64,000 nt of DNA, from contig CADAEZ010000005.1 in assembly GCA_902787145.1 (NCBI GenBank), positions 1,864 to 65,863 of the forward strand. Reading direction: 5' to 3'. Positions 1 through 9,204 of the stretch are shown here, piece by piece. A program made the translations under genes and the position numbers. Under the pieces are notes generated by a model. That model saw only the letters and a program-made list of their open reading frames with translations. It was not told the DNA's origin and did not search any database. The DNA comes from an uncultured Ruminococcus sp. (GTDB taxonomy: Bacteria > Bacillota > Clostridia > Oscillospirales > Acutalibacteraceae). Every line of letters starts with the position of its first letter. Positions within the stretch are counted from its first letter, which is position 1.

Positions 1-2066
1 TCAAACGCCTGGCTCTTACAGTAAAGCTCGTCAACCTCGCCGAAGTCGAGCTCGGTCGAATGGCTACGCTTCGGGAAAAGGCGGTCAACCTCTCCGAAGA
101 TAATTGACGGATCAAAGCTTTCTCCGGCATAGTCGCTGTTATAGCAGGTAACTAACACCTTATCCGACGCGGAGGTAAGCGCACAGTATGCGAGATATTT
201 TTCGTGCGAGGCGAGCTGTTCGAGACTGTCGGAGAGCGGTATATTGTTTTCGACAAGAGTTTTGCGCTCGTTTTCGGAGAATATTCCGGCGGTCTTTGGC
301 ACGGACGGAAACTCACCGTCAACCGCTCCGATTATAAATACAACCTTTTCGTCGGAGAGCCTTGCTCTGTCGGCAGTGGCGATATTTACCTGATCCTGAT
401 ACCTCGGAATATCGCTGAGCTTTATATCGGCAATAAGGAACTCAAGATACTCCTTGTACTTCTTTAGTCCGGGAGTCTCGTCTCCGGCCGCGGCGATAAG
501 CTTGTCAAAAACATCAATCAGGCTGTTGTACACACGTACTATTTCTTTAGCCTCAAACACAAGGCCCTGAGATTCCAGCCTGTCATAATATTGATCCACG
601 GCGCTCTCGATTTTATAATCACATAACAGGTTATAAAGCGAACCTGTTATTTCCGTTACATTGGAATTTTTGACGCTGTCGCGGAATTTTGCGATCGGAT
701 TCATAATAAGCTTCCGGGTTTCCTCGATTTCCGCAAGCTTTTTTTCATCATTATCGGAAAACTTCTCGAAGCCGGACGGATTGTTTGCAAATACCGAGAG
801 CAGGTCGCTCCTGTCAATATTCCAAATAAAGGTGTAGTTTTCAAAATCGGAAATCTGCGACTCGGACAGCGTCGTGAGTCCGGTTTTCAGCATAGACAAA
901 ACCGATTCCCTGTCAAATCCGGAAGCTGCCGCCTCCAGAGCGTAGCTTACAAATCTGATTACAGGCGATATAAACACATCGCGCGGCATATCGCAGAAAT
1001 ACGGAATACCGTACTTGTCAAAAACTGCATCGAGCACTCCGTTGTACTTTTCGATTCCCCGGCACACAACCGCGATATCACCGTAGCGGTAGCCGTTGTT
1101 ATACACGAGCGACTTTATTTTTCCTGCGATATATCGAGCCTCGCTGTGTATGTTAGAGGCGATATGCGTGGTGATATTATCGCTTTTTTTATCATAGACT
1201 TTGTTGTTGATTTTTAATGCGTATTTTTCTAAAAAAGAAATATCATCGTTTTTTGAACGCAAAAAATCAGGCAGAACAATGCTCTCGCCTATCTCTATCG
1301 AATTAGAAACGGCGATTCGTTTTATAAGCTTGCGTGTTCTTTCGGTCGTCTCGAAAATATCGAATTTTCTGTACTCAGGATCAAGATTAAGAGTGACATA
1401 AAAATCACTGCCGCGCCTCATAAGCAGCTCTATAACGCGAAGCTGCTGATATGTAAAGCCCGAAAACGAATCGACCGCTATCGTATAACCGCTGAACATA
1501 TCGTTATTCGTGAGGATATCGGCGAGGCGGTTAAGGTTTTCGAGCGGGTCAACATAGGTTCTGCTCAACAACGCGTCGTACGCGTCGAGTACCAGAGAGG
1601 TCTCGACAAGCTTATTTCTGAGTATTTCGCTTTCGACATTTTCGCTTACGTCCCTGAGCATATCGGTGGTTATGCCGTCTTTTTTACATTCCTTCAGCGA
1701 ATGAATCATCAGGTCAAGCACGGAACGGCGCTTTTTTTTGCCCGAAAAAACGCCCAGCTTATCCTTAACCTCGTCCAGCGCCTTACTCATCAATATATTT
1801 CTGACTCCGTCGTCAATCACGTTCTGCGGTATATTACCGGTATTTTTAAACACATATCCGCACAGCCTGTTGAATCCAAAGACCAGCACATCACGGGATT
1901 CAAGAGGTCCGAGCCTTTGCAAAAAGGTTTTTTCTGTCAAAAACGAGGTTTGGTCGGGCACAAGCATCATCAACTTTTTATTGCCCGACTTTCTCAGTTT
2001 GGTTATTATATCTACAGCCGCGGATGTCTTTCCGCTGCCGCTTTTTCCGAGTATAAAACGGAGCAT
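1..2066 (-). CDS. addB: ATP-dependent helicase/nuclease subunit B (AddB/RexB), 3' end runs off window
   Basis: Not in ORF track. Manual translation from ATG 2066 (GGAGG RBS) gives MLRFILGKSGSGKT (Walker A), later VDSFSGFTYQQ and RYGDIAVVCR, typical of AddB. Confidence 0.85.
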   Translation of the reverse strand, partial: MLRFILGKSGSGKTSAAVDIITKLRKSGNKKLMMLVPDQTSFLTEKTFLQRLGPLESRDVLVFGFNRLCGYVFKNTGNIPQNVIDDGVRNILMSKALDEVKDKLGVFSGKKKRRSVLDLMIHSLKECKKDGITTDMLRDVSENVESEILRNKLVETSLVLDAYDALLSRTYVDPLENLNRLADILTNNDMFSGYTIAVDSFSGFTYQQLRVIELLMRRGSDFYVTLNLDPEYRKFDIFETTERTRKLIKRIAVSNSIEIGESIVLPDFLRSKNDDISFLEKYALKINNKVYDKKSDNITTHIASNIHSEARYIAGKIKSLVYNNGYRYGDIAVVCRGIEKYNGVLDAVFDKYGIPYFCDMPRDVFISPVIRFVSYALEAAASGFDRESVLSMLKTGLTTLSESQISDFENYTFIWNIDRSDLLSVFANNPSGFEKFSDNDEKKLAEIEETRKLIMNPIAKFRDSVKNSNVTEITGSLYNLLCDYKIESAVDQYYDRLESQGLVFEAKEIVRVYNSLIDVFDKLIAAAGDETPGLKKYKEYLEFLIADIKLSDIPRYQDQVNIATADRARLSDEKVVFIIGAVDGEFPSVPKTAGIFSENERKTLVENNIPLSDSLEQLASHEKYLAYCALTSASDKVLVTCYNSDYAGESFDPSIIFGEVDRLFPKRSHSTELDFGEVDELYCKSQAF

Positions 2067-2128
2067 AACGCACCTCCGATATGGTTTGATATCATAAGTA
2101 TATCACATTTGGTGTCCCAAAAACAGTA

Positions 2129-2722
2129 TTATGAGAATAAAGAGCAAAAACTTTTGAAATATTCTATCACTTTGAATTTAAACTCATATCCGTCCTCTGT
2201 CATAACCCTGTACTCATCGTCGCTTGTCCTGTCTTTCAGCTCGTTATAATCCGCGCTCGCTCCTACGCACAGCGAAGGATACATCACACACCACCAGTTG
2301 TGGCCCTTGCCCTCGCCTATAGTGATTCGTAAAGCGTCATAAAACCCCGACGGCATTGTTACCCTGCCGTAGTATCTTGTGTTAAAATACATCCTCTTAA
2401 TCTCCGCCTTTACCGGATAGCTACAGCCGTATTTTGCCACCGTTTTTTTAGCGGTGTCGGCAATCATTGAGAGGTTTTCATCGGTAAGGCGTATAGCCTC
2501 AGAGAGATTATCAGCGCTTTTATATAGCTTTTCGGTCTTTTTAAGCACAGCGTCTCTGACCTTAAGCTTAAGGCTCTGCGCTTCCCTTGTATCGTTATCG
2601 GCTAAGATATGGAGCCTGAAAACCTCTTTGGTCAGGTGGTCGCACTGCGCCGAAAACGGCAGCATCGAGATTATAACGGACAAAACTGCCGCGATAAGTA
2701 CGGATTTGATAATAATTTTCAT
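2129..2722 (-). CDS. spoIIR: Stage II sporulation protein R
   Basis: Signal peptide; RLHILA..D..Q.LKLKVRD, F.TR.YG, G.Y.ALRI.IGEG.GHNWWCVMYP motifs. Confidence 0.9.
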   Translation of the reverse strand: MKIIIKSVLIAAVLSVIISMLPFSAQCDHLTKEVFRLHILADNDTREAQSLKLKVRDAVLKKTEKLYKSADNLSEAIRLTDENLSMIADTAKKTVAKYGCSYPVKAEIKRMYFNTRYYGRVTMPSGFYDALRITIGEGKGHNWWCVMYPSLCVGASADYNELKDRTSDDEYRVMTEDGYEFKFKVIEYFKSFCSLFS

Positions 2723-2775
2723 AAAAATAACCTGCCTTTAACTGTTACTACAATTATCGGCAGGTTTGTATAGTT

Positions 2776-3648
2776 TTAATCAATTACGGTACAGCCATCT
2801 TTGACAGGCTCGCACTCAAATACATATTCGTAGCTTTCCCTTAGCTTTTCACAACATTTATCACGCTTTTTTTCGTTGGAAAATACGGCGAACACAGCAG
2901 AACCCGATCCGCTCATACACGCGCCGAGCGCCTTGTTTTTGAGCATAATCCGCTTTACGTCGTTGATTTTGTCGAGATTCAGCGCAAGCTCGAAGTCATT
3001 GAGCATAGAACATGCCACCATACGCAAATCCCTTGCGTAAATCGCCTTAATCATCTCGGAGGTAAACTCCGGATGACTTAGTTCCGCGCTGTCGATACGG
3101 GAATACGCCTCGGCAGTCGATACGCTGAAGTCCGGCTTGCACACCGCAAGCTTACATTTTGGAATCGATATAAGCTTTTTAAGCTCGACCCCTGTGCCGG
3201 TAGCGAGCCTGGTTCCTCCGATAATACAGAAAGGCACGTCGGCTCCGATTTTGGCTCCGATCCCACACATCTCATCATCACTGAGTCTTGCGTCAAACAG
3301 CTTGTTAAGCGCTACGATAACCGCCGCTCCGTCAGCCGAGCCTCCGGCAAGTCCGGCCTGGGTGGGAATGTTCTTTTCTATAGTGACGCTGACTCCGGGG
3401 TTCTCGCGCTTGATATAGTCGAAAAAGCCACAGCAGGCTTTATAAGCGATATTCCTTTCGTCGCACGGAACTCCCGGATAATCACAGATAATCTCTGTCT
3501 TTCCCGAAGTATTATCCTCAACCGTAACATAATCATACAGGCTGATTGTCTGCATAACCATACTGACGTCGTGATAGCCGTCGGGACGGCGGCGCAGAAC
3601 ATCAAGAGAAAGATTGATCTTTGCCGGCGCCTTAACCTTTATTTTCAT
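2776..3648 (-). CDS. ispE: 4-diphosphocytidyl-2-C-methyl-D-erythritol kinase
   Basis: APAKINLSLD, DGYHD, KNIPTQAGLAGGSAD (GHMP), GADVPF, MSGSGS. Confidence 0.95.
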   Translation of the reverse strand: MKIKVKAPAKINLSLDVLRRRPDGYHDVSMVMQTISLYDYVTVEDNTSGKTEIICDYPGVPCDERNIAYKACCGFFDYIKRENPGVSVTIEKNIPTQAGLAGGSADGAAVIVALNKLFDARLSDDEMCGIGAKIGADVPFCIIGGTRLATGTGVELKKLISIPKCKLAVCKPDFSVSTAEAYSRIDSAELSHPEFTSEMIKAIYARDLRMVACSMLNDFELALNLDKINDVKRIMLKNKALGACMSGSGSAVFAVFSNEKKRDKCCEKLRESYEYVFECEPVKDGCTVID

Positions 3649-4819
3649 TTTTTACTTCCTTAACAAATTCCTCAATACGCTTGAGGGCGGTTTTTATATT
3701 CTTTAGCGACTGAGCGTATGAGATCCTGATGAATCCCTCGCCGCATTCACCAAACGCCGAGCCGGGAACTACCGCGATACGCTTTTCCTTTACAAGCCTT
3801 GTAGAAAACTCGTCGCTGGAAAGTCCCGTCGACTTTATGCACGGAAAGGCGTAGAAGGCTCCAAGCGGCTCAAAGCAGCTGAGTCCGATTTCGTTTAGCT
3901 TGCCGACAATCAGCCTGCGCCTGAGGTCGTAGTCCTTGCGCATAACAGCCACGTCGTCGTCACCGTTGCGCAGCGCCTCGATCGCGGCGTACTGAGCGGT
4001 AGTCGGAGATGACATTATGCCGTACTGGTGGAGCTTCAGTATCTGCGACATAATCGGCTCAGGTCCCAGAAGATATCCGAGTCTCCAGCCTGTCATAGCG
4101 TAAGCCTTCGAGAAACCGCTTACGATAATGGTGCGCTCCTTCATACCCTCGATATCGGCTATGCTGACGTGCTTTTTACCGCCGTAGGTGAGCTCGCCGT
4201 AGATTTCGTCGGAAACAACGAAGAGGTTATGCCTGATTATTACCTCGGCAATACTCTCAAGGTCCTCCCTCTCCATAATAGCTCCGGTTGGATTATTCGG
4301 GAAAGGCAGTACCAGAACCTTGGTTTTGTCGGTAATGGAGTTTTCGAGTTCCTCTTTTGTAAGACGAAAATTGTTTTCTGCCTTTGTCTCGATAAACACC
4401 GGCTTTCCGCCTGCCATATATGTAAGCGGCTCGTAGCATACAAACGCCGGCTGAGGAATCAGCACCTCGTCGCCCCTCTCAACAATAGTGCGCAACGCAA
4501 GATCGATACCCTCGCTGCCGCCGACAGTAACAACAACCTCGTCCTCGGGATTGTAGAAAACGTTGAAGCGGCGCTTGTAATAGTGGCATATTTCTTCTCT
4601 TAGCTTCATAAAACCGCGGTTGGGAGAATACCAGGTTTTGCCCTTTTCGAGCGAACGAATACCCGCCTCGCGTATATGCCACGGCGTCTTAAAATCCGGC
4701 TCGCCGATAGAAAGAGAGATTACGTTGTCCATCTCGATAGCGATATCGAAGAACTTACGTATGCCTGAGGGCTTTACTCCTTTTATCGACTGATTAATAA
4801 AACTATCGTAGTCTATCAC
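3632..4819 (-). CDS. PLP-dependent aminotransferase class I/II
   Basis: GEPDF, PNNPTG, SDEIY, SKAYAMTGWRLG (PLP lysine). Confidence 0.93.
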   Translation of the reverse strand: MIDYDSFINQSIKGVKPSGIRKFFDIAIEMDNVISLSIGEPDFKTPWHIREAGIRSLEKGKTWYSPNRGFMKLREEICHYYKRRFNVFYNPEDEVVVTVGGSEGIDLALRTIVERGDEVLIPQPAFVCYEPLTYMAGGKPVFIETKAENNFRLTKEELENSITDKTKVLVLPFPNNPTGAIMEREDLESIAEVIIRHNLFVVSDEIYGELTYGGKKHVSIADIEGMKERTIIVSGFSKAYAMTGWRLGYLLGPEPIMSQILKLHQYGIMSSPTTAQYAAIEALRNGDDDVAVMRKDYDLRRRLIVGKLNEIGLSCFEPLGAFYAFPCIKSTGLSSDEFSTRLVKEKRIAVVPGSAFGECGEGFIRISYAQSLKNIKTALKRIEEFVKEVKNENKG

Positions 4820-5295
4820 AGCACCATACCCCTCTCATCATCGACACTGTCGTCGTTGAGGTTTACGCCGCCGATTTTATACGCCTTTAGCATAAAGTGA
4901 GTCGCGGTAGCGATAACGCCGTCGATACAGCTGAGCTTTCTCGCTACGAAGGACGCGACATCCTGCATGGACTTGCCTTTGACAAATACACTGAGGTCGA
5001 ACGACCCTGCCATAAGATACATCGAGCTCACCTCGTCAAACGCCATAATATGCTCGGCAACCTCGTCAAAGCCGGTCTCCTTCTTGGGAGTAACCTTTAG
5101 CTCAATAATCGCGGTAACCGGCGCGTCGGGAACCTTCTCCCAGTCTACGAGCGCCTGATAACCCTTTATGATACCTTTCTGCTCATACTCCTTGATCTGA
5201 GCGGCGATATAATCCTCCGGCTCACCGAGCATAAGTGACAACTCTTTGGTTGTAAAAGAACTGTTTTCGCTTAGTAATTCAAGTAATTTATCCAT
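4816..5295 (-). CDS. Lrp/AsnC family transcriptional regulator
   Basis: N-terminal HTH and C-terminal RAM domain (YLMAGSFDL, TATHFMLK); overlaps the aminotransferase start. Confidence 0.85.
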   Translation of the reverse strand: MDKLLELLSENSSFTTKELSLMLGEPEDYIAAQIKEYEQKGIIKGYQALVDWEKVPDAPVTAIIELKVTPKKETGFDEVAEHIMAFDEVSSMYLMAGSFDLSVFVKGKSMQDVASFVARKLSCIDGVIATATHFMLKAYKIGGVNLNDDSVDDERGMVL

Positions 5296-5330
5296 AATAT
5301 CCTTACCTTTCCGCCATAAATAAGGCTGTG

Positions 5331-5852
5331 TTATACTGTTTGGGGACAGAGGCTCTCGACCTCTGACATAGACTCAACGCAGATAGCCGCTCCGATACAC
5401 AAAACCTCGTCGCTCTCGTTGGTTATGTCGAGAAGATAACAGCTTCTTCCGTTGCAAAAGGACTTTGCGTGCGAGCACACAAGCGAGTTATCCGTATCAA
5501 TGATGTCAAATGATTTTTTATACACATCTCCGACAAACTGCCAGCCTGTGCCGTAAAACCAGCAGCCGCGTTTTCGGGGATTAAAGAACAGCTTTATACT
5601 GCTGCTCCTCGAATAAATCGAACACAAACGCATCTTGCGAAAAACAATCTGTCTGATTCGAAGCAGGGTTCTCCCCTCTTTATCGTTCATTATAATCCCG
5701 CTGCCGAAGGAGTTGACAAGGTATATCTCCCTGCCGGACTCATCAAAAACCGCGAAAAGTTCTCCGCTGCCGTTTTTTAGTCTTTTAATAAAACGTTTCA
5801 TAATCATCACCAAGATAATAATAGTATACTGGTAAAATGATTGATAATTCAC
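5331..5852 (-). CDS. Hypothetical protein, LURP-one/Tubby C-terminal-like (true start probably ~5804-5810)
   Basis: F.VFDESG..Y.V, W...GD....FDI.D and Y.LDI patterns resemble LURP-one proteins. Confidence 0.5.
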   Translation of the reverse strand: MNYQSFYQYTIIILVMIMKRFIKRLKNGSGELFAVFDESGREIYLVNSFGSGIIMNDKEGRTLLRIRQIVFRKMRLCSIYSRSSSIKLFFNPRKRGCWFYGTGWQFVGDVYKKSFDIIDTDNSLVCSHAKSFCNGRSCYLLDITNESDEVLCIGAAICVESMSEVESLCPQTV

Positions 5853-5907
5853 AAATTGTTATTTTGGGGCAATCCCCTGTCACACAAGAAATAGCGTTCT
5901 GCGCGTA

Positions 5908-6010
5908 TTTCGCTGCTCATCGCACGTTTCTGCGCATCAGAAAACTGTGCGGAGAATACAAATCTTTTTTTACTTTACGGAAACGAGCAGTTTCATATAA
6001 AGTAAAAAAT
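5908..6010. repeat. Dispersed structured repeat, copy 1 (related to 41011-41060 and 58150-58230)
   Basis: TTCGCTGCTCATCGCACGTTTCTG..CAGAAAACTGTGCGGAGAATACAAATCTTTTTTTACT aligns with the copy at 58150. Confidence 0.75.
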
Positions 6011-6037
6011 GTACTGTAAGATTACCTTACAGTACAT
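6004..6037 (-). terminator. Intrinsic terminator after O-antigen ligase-like gene
   Basis: ATGTACTGTAAG/CTTACAGTACAT 12-bp stem followed by T run on the minus strand. Confidence 0.7.
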
Positions 6038-6070
6038 TATAGCACAAGTGTTATGTATTTCGCAATAGTT

Positions 6071-7507
6071 TTATATCATATGCTTCGGAAGCCTGCGCGA
6101 GCCGATTGTATAGTAAGAGCCCATAAGCGGTTCGTACTTGTTAAGGTACACGCTGGTCATACCTATCATATACCAAAACCACATCACCATAAAGCTGGTA
6201 TCATACAGCAGCGCCTTCTCAAACAAAGAATACACAAGATATCCGCAACAAAAGGCGAACAAACACGGTAGTATATCCTTTGACCCGGCGTTCTGGCGTT
6301 TAAATAGGTTTACTATGGTATGCTTGCCGAACTTTACGCCGAATATAAAGAACAGCGCGAATCCGATTACTCCGTTCGATACAAGGATTGTCAGGTATCC
6401 GTTATGAATATCGCTGTTATGATAACTGAGGCTCAGGGTTCCGGTTGAGTACTTCTGGCTGTATTCGATAATGTTGCCGTTGCTGATACCCAGTACAGGC
6501 GAAAGCTGGAAGAGCTTAAAGCTCTCCTTAACGAGCTTGATACGTCCGTTATCTATCTTAGTATTCTTATGCGAGAACGTGATAGCGTCGCTGCCGGAGA
6601 TTTCCTGTACGCTAAGCGCGTCCTGGGAACGAGCGTCCTTGGGGTTTATAAGCTGAGTAAACGCCCTCTGGGAAATCGAGCGTACCATAAGCGCCGCTCC
6701 GACTACATATACCGCCGCGAGCATTACGGCTATCAGCTTAAGGAAAACCTGCTTTTTGTTCATCCTGGCGTTCATCGAAAAAGCGTAGAACACAAGTGTA
6801 AAAATAACATAACATATAAACAAGATAATCGAAGCGTTGGAATCGCACAAAAGCAGCGATATCAAGTCAAAGGTAAGACACACAGTCAGCCACAGACGAC
6901 TGATCCTTCCGCGTTTAGCCTGCATCAGAAAGTCGCGCTTCGAGATAATATGACAACAGACTATGGATACAACCGAAATAAATCCGAGCAGATTAGGATT
7001 TATATACACGCCGGTAAAACGGTTCTCGAATATAATAAACTTAATCCACATCCACTCGAACTTGACTCCGCACATCATAAGCGCGAATCCGAGCACGCCT
7101 AACACGGATGTAACATAAATAATAAACTTACAGATTTTATAAAGCTCCGCCTTGGGATTGATATCCTTTTCGGTATGTATTCCGTAAAAAACAAAAAAAC
7201 AGATACTGACGTGGAAGAACATCACCAGATTATACCAGAATCCGATAGAGAGATTTATCAGCATAGTTATAATATTAACCGCCAAAAATCCCATTAACCA
7301 CAGAGAGAACCTGAAGCTTTCAAAACAATGCTGATATTTAATTTTATAATATACAGTATATACGCCCCAAAGAAAAACAAATACGAGGCAAACATAAGCC
7401 GGAAGCTGGACAAACGAAACATTACAGAAAAACAGTACAATAAGATAACTCAGCCTGAACTTGGACGGGTTATGGAGTATGTTTTTCAGTCTCATCATTT
7501 GTCTCAC
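6071..7507 (-). CDS. O-antigen ligase/polymerase (Wzy_C) family membrane protein
   Basis: Multiple TM helices; RFTGVYINPN, GR..L, P.LG, HNGYL..L...G.IG motifs. Confidence 0.8.
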   Translation of the reverse strand: MRQMMRLKNILHNPSKFRLSYLIVLFFCNVSFVQLPAYVCLVFVFLWGVYTVYYKIKYQHCFESFRFSLWLMGFLAVNIITMLINLSIGFWYNLVMFFHVSICFFVFYGIHTEKDINPKAELYKICKFIIYVTSVLGVLGFALMMCGVKFEWMWIKFIIFENRFTGVYINPNLLGFISVVSIVCCHIISKRDFLMQAKRGRISRLWLTVCLTFDLISLLLCDSNASIILFICYVIFTLVFYAFSMNARMNKKQVFLKLIAVMLAAVYVVGAALMVRSISQRAFTQLINPKDARSQDALSVQEISGSDAITFSHKNTKIDNGRIKLVKESFKLFQLSPVLGISNGNIIEYSQKYSTGTLSLSYHNSDIHNGYLTILVSNGVIGFALFFIFGVKFGKHTIVNLFKRQNAGSKDILPCLFAFCCGYLVYSLFEKALLYDTSFMVMWFWYMIGMTSVYLNKYEPLMGSYYTIGSRRLPKHMI

Positions 7508-7529
7508 CTCCTGAAAAGTTTAGTATTTA

Positions 7530-8216
7530 TCAGTGGAACGCTACTTCTTTGATTGTTTTCACCATAAGATAGATATCGTTTCTGAATCCAAAGGTTTTAA
7601 GATACAAAAGGTTATAGTGCATCTTTTTGGGCAGTATAATCCCGATATAATCCTCGTCGACGCTGTTGCTTGACTCAAGCATTCTTTCCTCGTTCTTAAA
7701 CTTAATGCTCGCAAGGCTGGTAATACCTGCCGGCATAAGCAAAGTAGCGTACATAGCGGGAGTATATTTATCGACATACTTGGGAACCTCAGGCCTTGTA
7801 CCGACAAAGCTCATATCGCCCTTTAGTACGTTGACAATCTGAGGCAGCTCGTCAAGACGGTATTTCCTCAGAAATTTACCGATACCGGTAACACGCGGGT
7901 CATCTTTCGAGGTTACAAGAGAACCAATCTTGTCAGCGTTCACTACCATTGTACGAAACTTGTATATGAAAAAATGCCTGTTATAAGTTGTAACCCTCTC
8001 CTGTTTATACAGAATCGGTCCGCGCGAAGTAAACTTGACCGCGAAAGAGAGAATAATAATCGGTATAATCAGAATAACAAGCAGGATCAGTGACAAAACT
8101 ATATCCAAGACTCTCTTAAAAAATATACTGCGTTTTTTTAATTTTAGAAGGTCGTAATACTTTTTTACGGCTTCATTTTTAAATTCCTCAGGAAGTTCAT
8201 CAAAAGGAAGCAACAT
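7530..8216 (-). CDS. Bacterial sugar transferase (priming undecaprenyl-phosphate glycosyl-1-phosphate transferase)
   Basis: KRVLDI, YKFRTM, FLRKYRLDELPQ..NVLKGDMSFVG.RPE; ATG 8216 has GGAGGAG RBS; TTGAAA-17-TATAAT promoter at 8310-8282. Confidence 0.9.
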   Translation of the reverse strand: MLLPFDELPEEFKNEAVKKYYDLLKLKKRSIFFKRVLDIVLSLILLVILIIPIIILSFAVKFTSRGPILYKQERVTTYNRHFFIYKFRTMVVNADKIGSLVTSKDDPRVTGIGKFLRKYRLDELPQIVNVLKGDMSFVGTRPEVPKYVDKYTPAMYATLLMPAGITSLASIKFKNEERMLESSNSVDEDYIGIILPKKMHYNLLYLKTFGFRNDIYLMVKTIKEVAFH

Positions 8217-8391
8217 AAAACTCCTCCAACTAAGCGAAAACAACAATATTCCATAGTAATCCATTATAATTAGTCTAACAGATTATAGCTCAAATTATAA
8301 GATTTTTCAAGTGATTTTTAATTTTTGCCTCATATTCTGTAAAATTGCACAAGATTTTTATTTTTATACTCAGCTTTATGACGTAACGGAA

Positions 8392-8470
8392 AAAGAAAAA
8401 CCGACGGCATAACCGTCGGCTTTTCTTAGGTAATTTTATGGAGTAATCAAAACTTTTCTCTCATGTCTTG
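8392..8470 (-). ncRNA. Candidate ~80-nt small RNA
   Basis: TTGACA(8503-8498)-16-TAAAAT(8481-8476, extended TG) promoter, then a CCGACGG/CCGTCGG terminator stem with U tail; only a 5-codon ORF (MREKF). Confidence 0.5.
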
Positions 8471-8697
8471 ACTATATTTTATCATAAAATAATAAAATGT
8501 CAAGGGGTTTACGGTAAATTTTATTGATTTTATATCAAATTTCGTAATAATGACCAAATAACGTAAATTTTGACTATTTTAGCGCAAAAAATACATATTA
8601 AAAAAATAAAAAATACATATCAAAAAATATAAATTATTGCTTGACGAACGATAATTTTGGGTGTAAAATTTAATTAAAGAACATATTGGAGAGCGAA

Positions 8698-8988
8698 ATG
8701 AACAATTCGTTTTTACCCGACCTTATAACCCTGACCGACGAGAACGGTCTGGAACATAACTTCGAAATTCTCGATATAATTGAACTGGACGAAAGACGCT
8801 TCTACGCGCTTATGCCGGTGTTTGACCGTGGCGAGGATTTGCTAAACGACAGCGGCCACTACACCATACTCGAAGCGGTCGATACCGAAAACGAGGATGA
8901 GCTGTGCGAGGTGTCGGACGATGAGCTGAGGATTAAGCTTTCGAGGCTGTTCGAGGACAGATTCGACTCTATGTTCTACGAAAACTAG
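8698..8988 (+). CDS. DUF1292 family acidic protein
   Basis: ITLTDENG.E..FE.LD.IE.....Y.AL pattern; TTGACG-17-TAAAAT promoter at 8641-8669. Confidence 0.8.
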   Translation: MNNSFLPDLITLTDENGLEHNFEILDIIELDERRFYALMPVFDRGEDLLNDSGHYTILEAVDTENEDELCEVSDDELRIKLSRLFEDRFDSMFYEN

Positions 8989-8994
8989 ATTATT

Positions 8995-9173
8995 TCCTGC
9001 CTGATTCGCGTATGCAATTAAAATAACCCTACAACATTTAAATCGGGAGCTTTTCTCTTCTTGCGGTGTGCAGACCTCCCCTTATGGGAAGTTGGGAGTA
9101 CTAAAACAAGAAGGCGGCACCCACCTGTCCTTTGGTAGGCAGGTTATTCAGCATTGCTTACGATCAGGCGGGA
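8995..9173 (+). ncRNA. ssrS: 6S RNA
   Basis: ~180 nt with closing stem TCCTGCCTGAT/GATCAGGCGGGA and Firmicutes 6S hallmarks GGGAGC and CGGCACCCACCTG..CAGGTT. Confidence 0.85.
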
Positions 9174-9204
9174 TTTTTTTATAACTATATAACGGGAGAT
9201 AAAT

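Noticed and set aside
204-2249. Plus-strand ORFs at 204, 1201, 1701 and 1738
   Set aside because: Antisense to addB, which the ORF track missed because it runs off the window.
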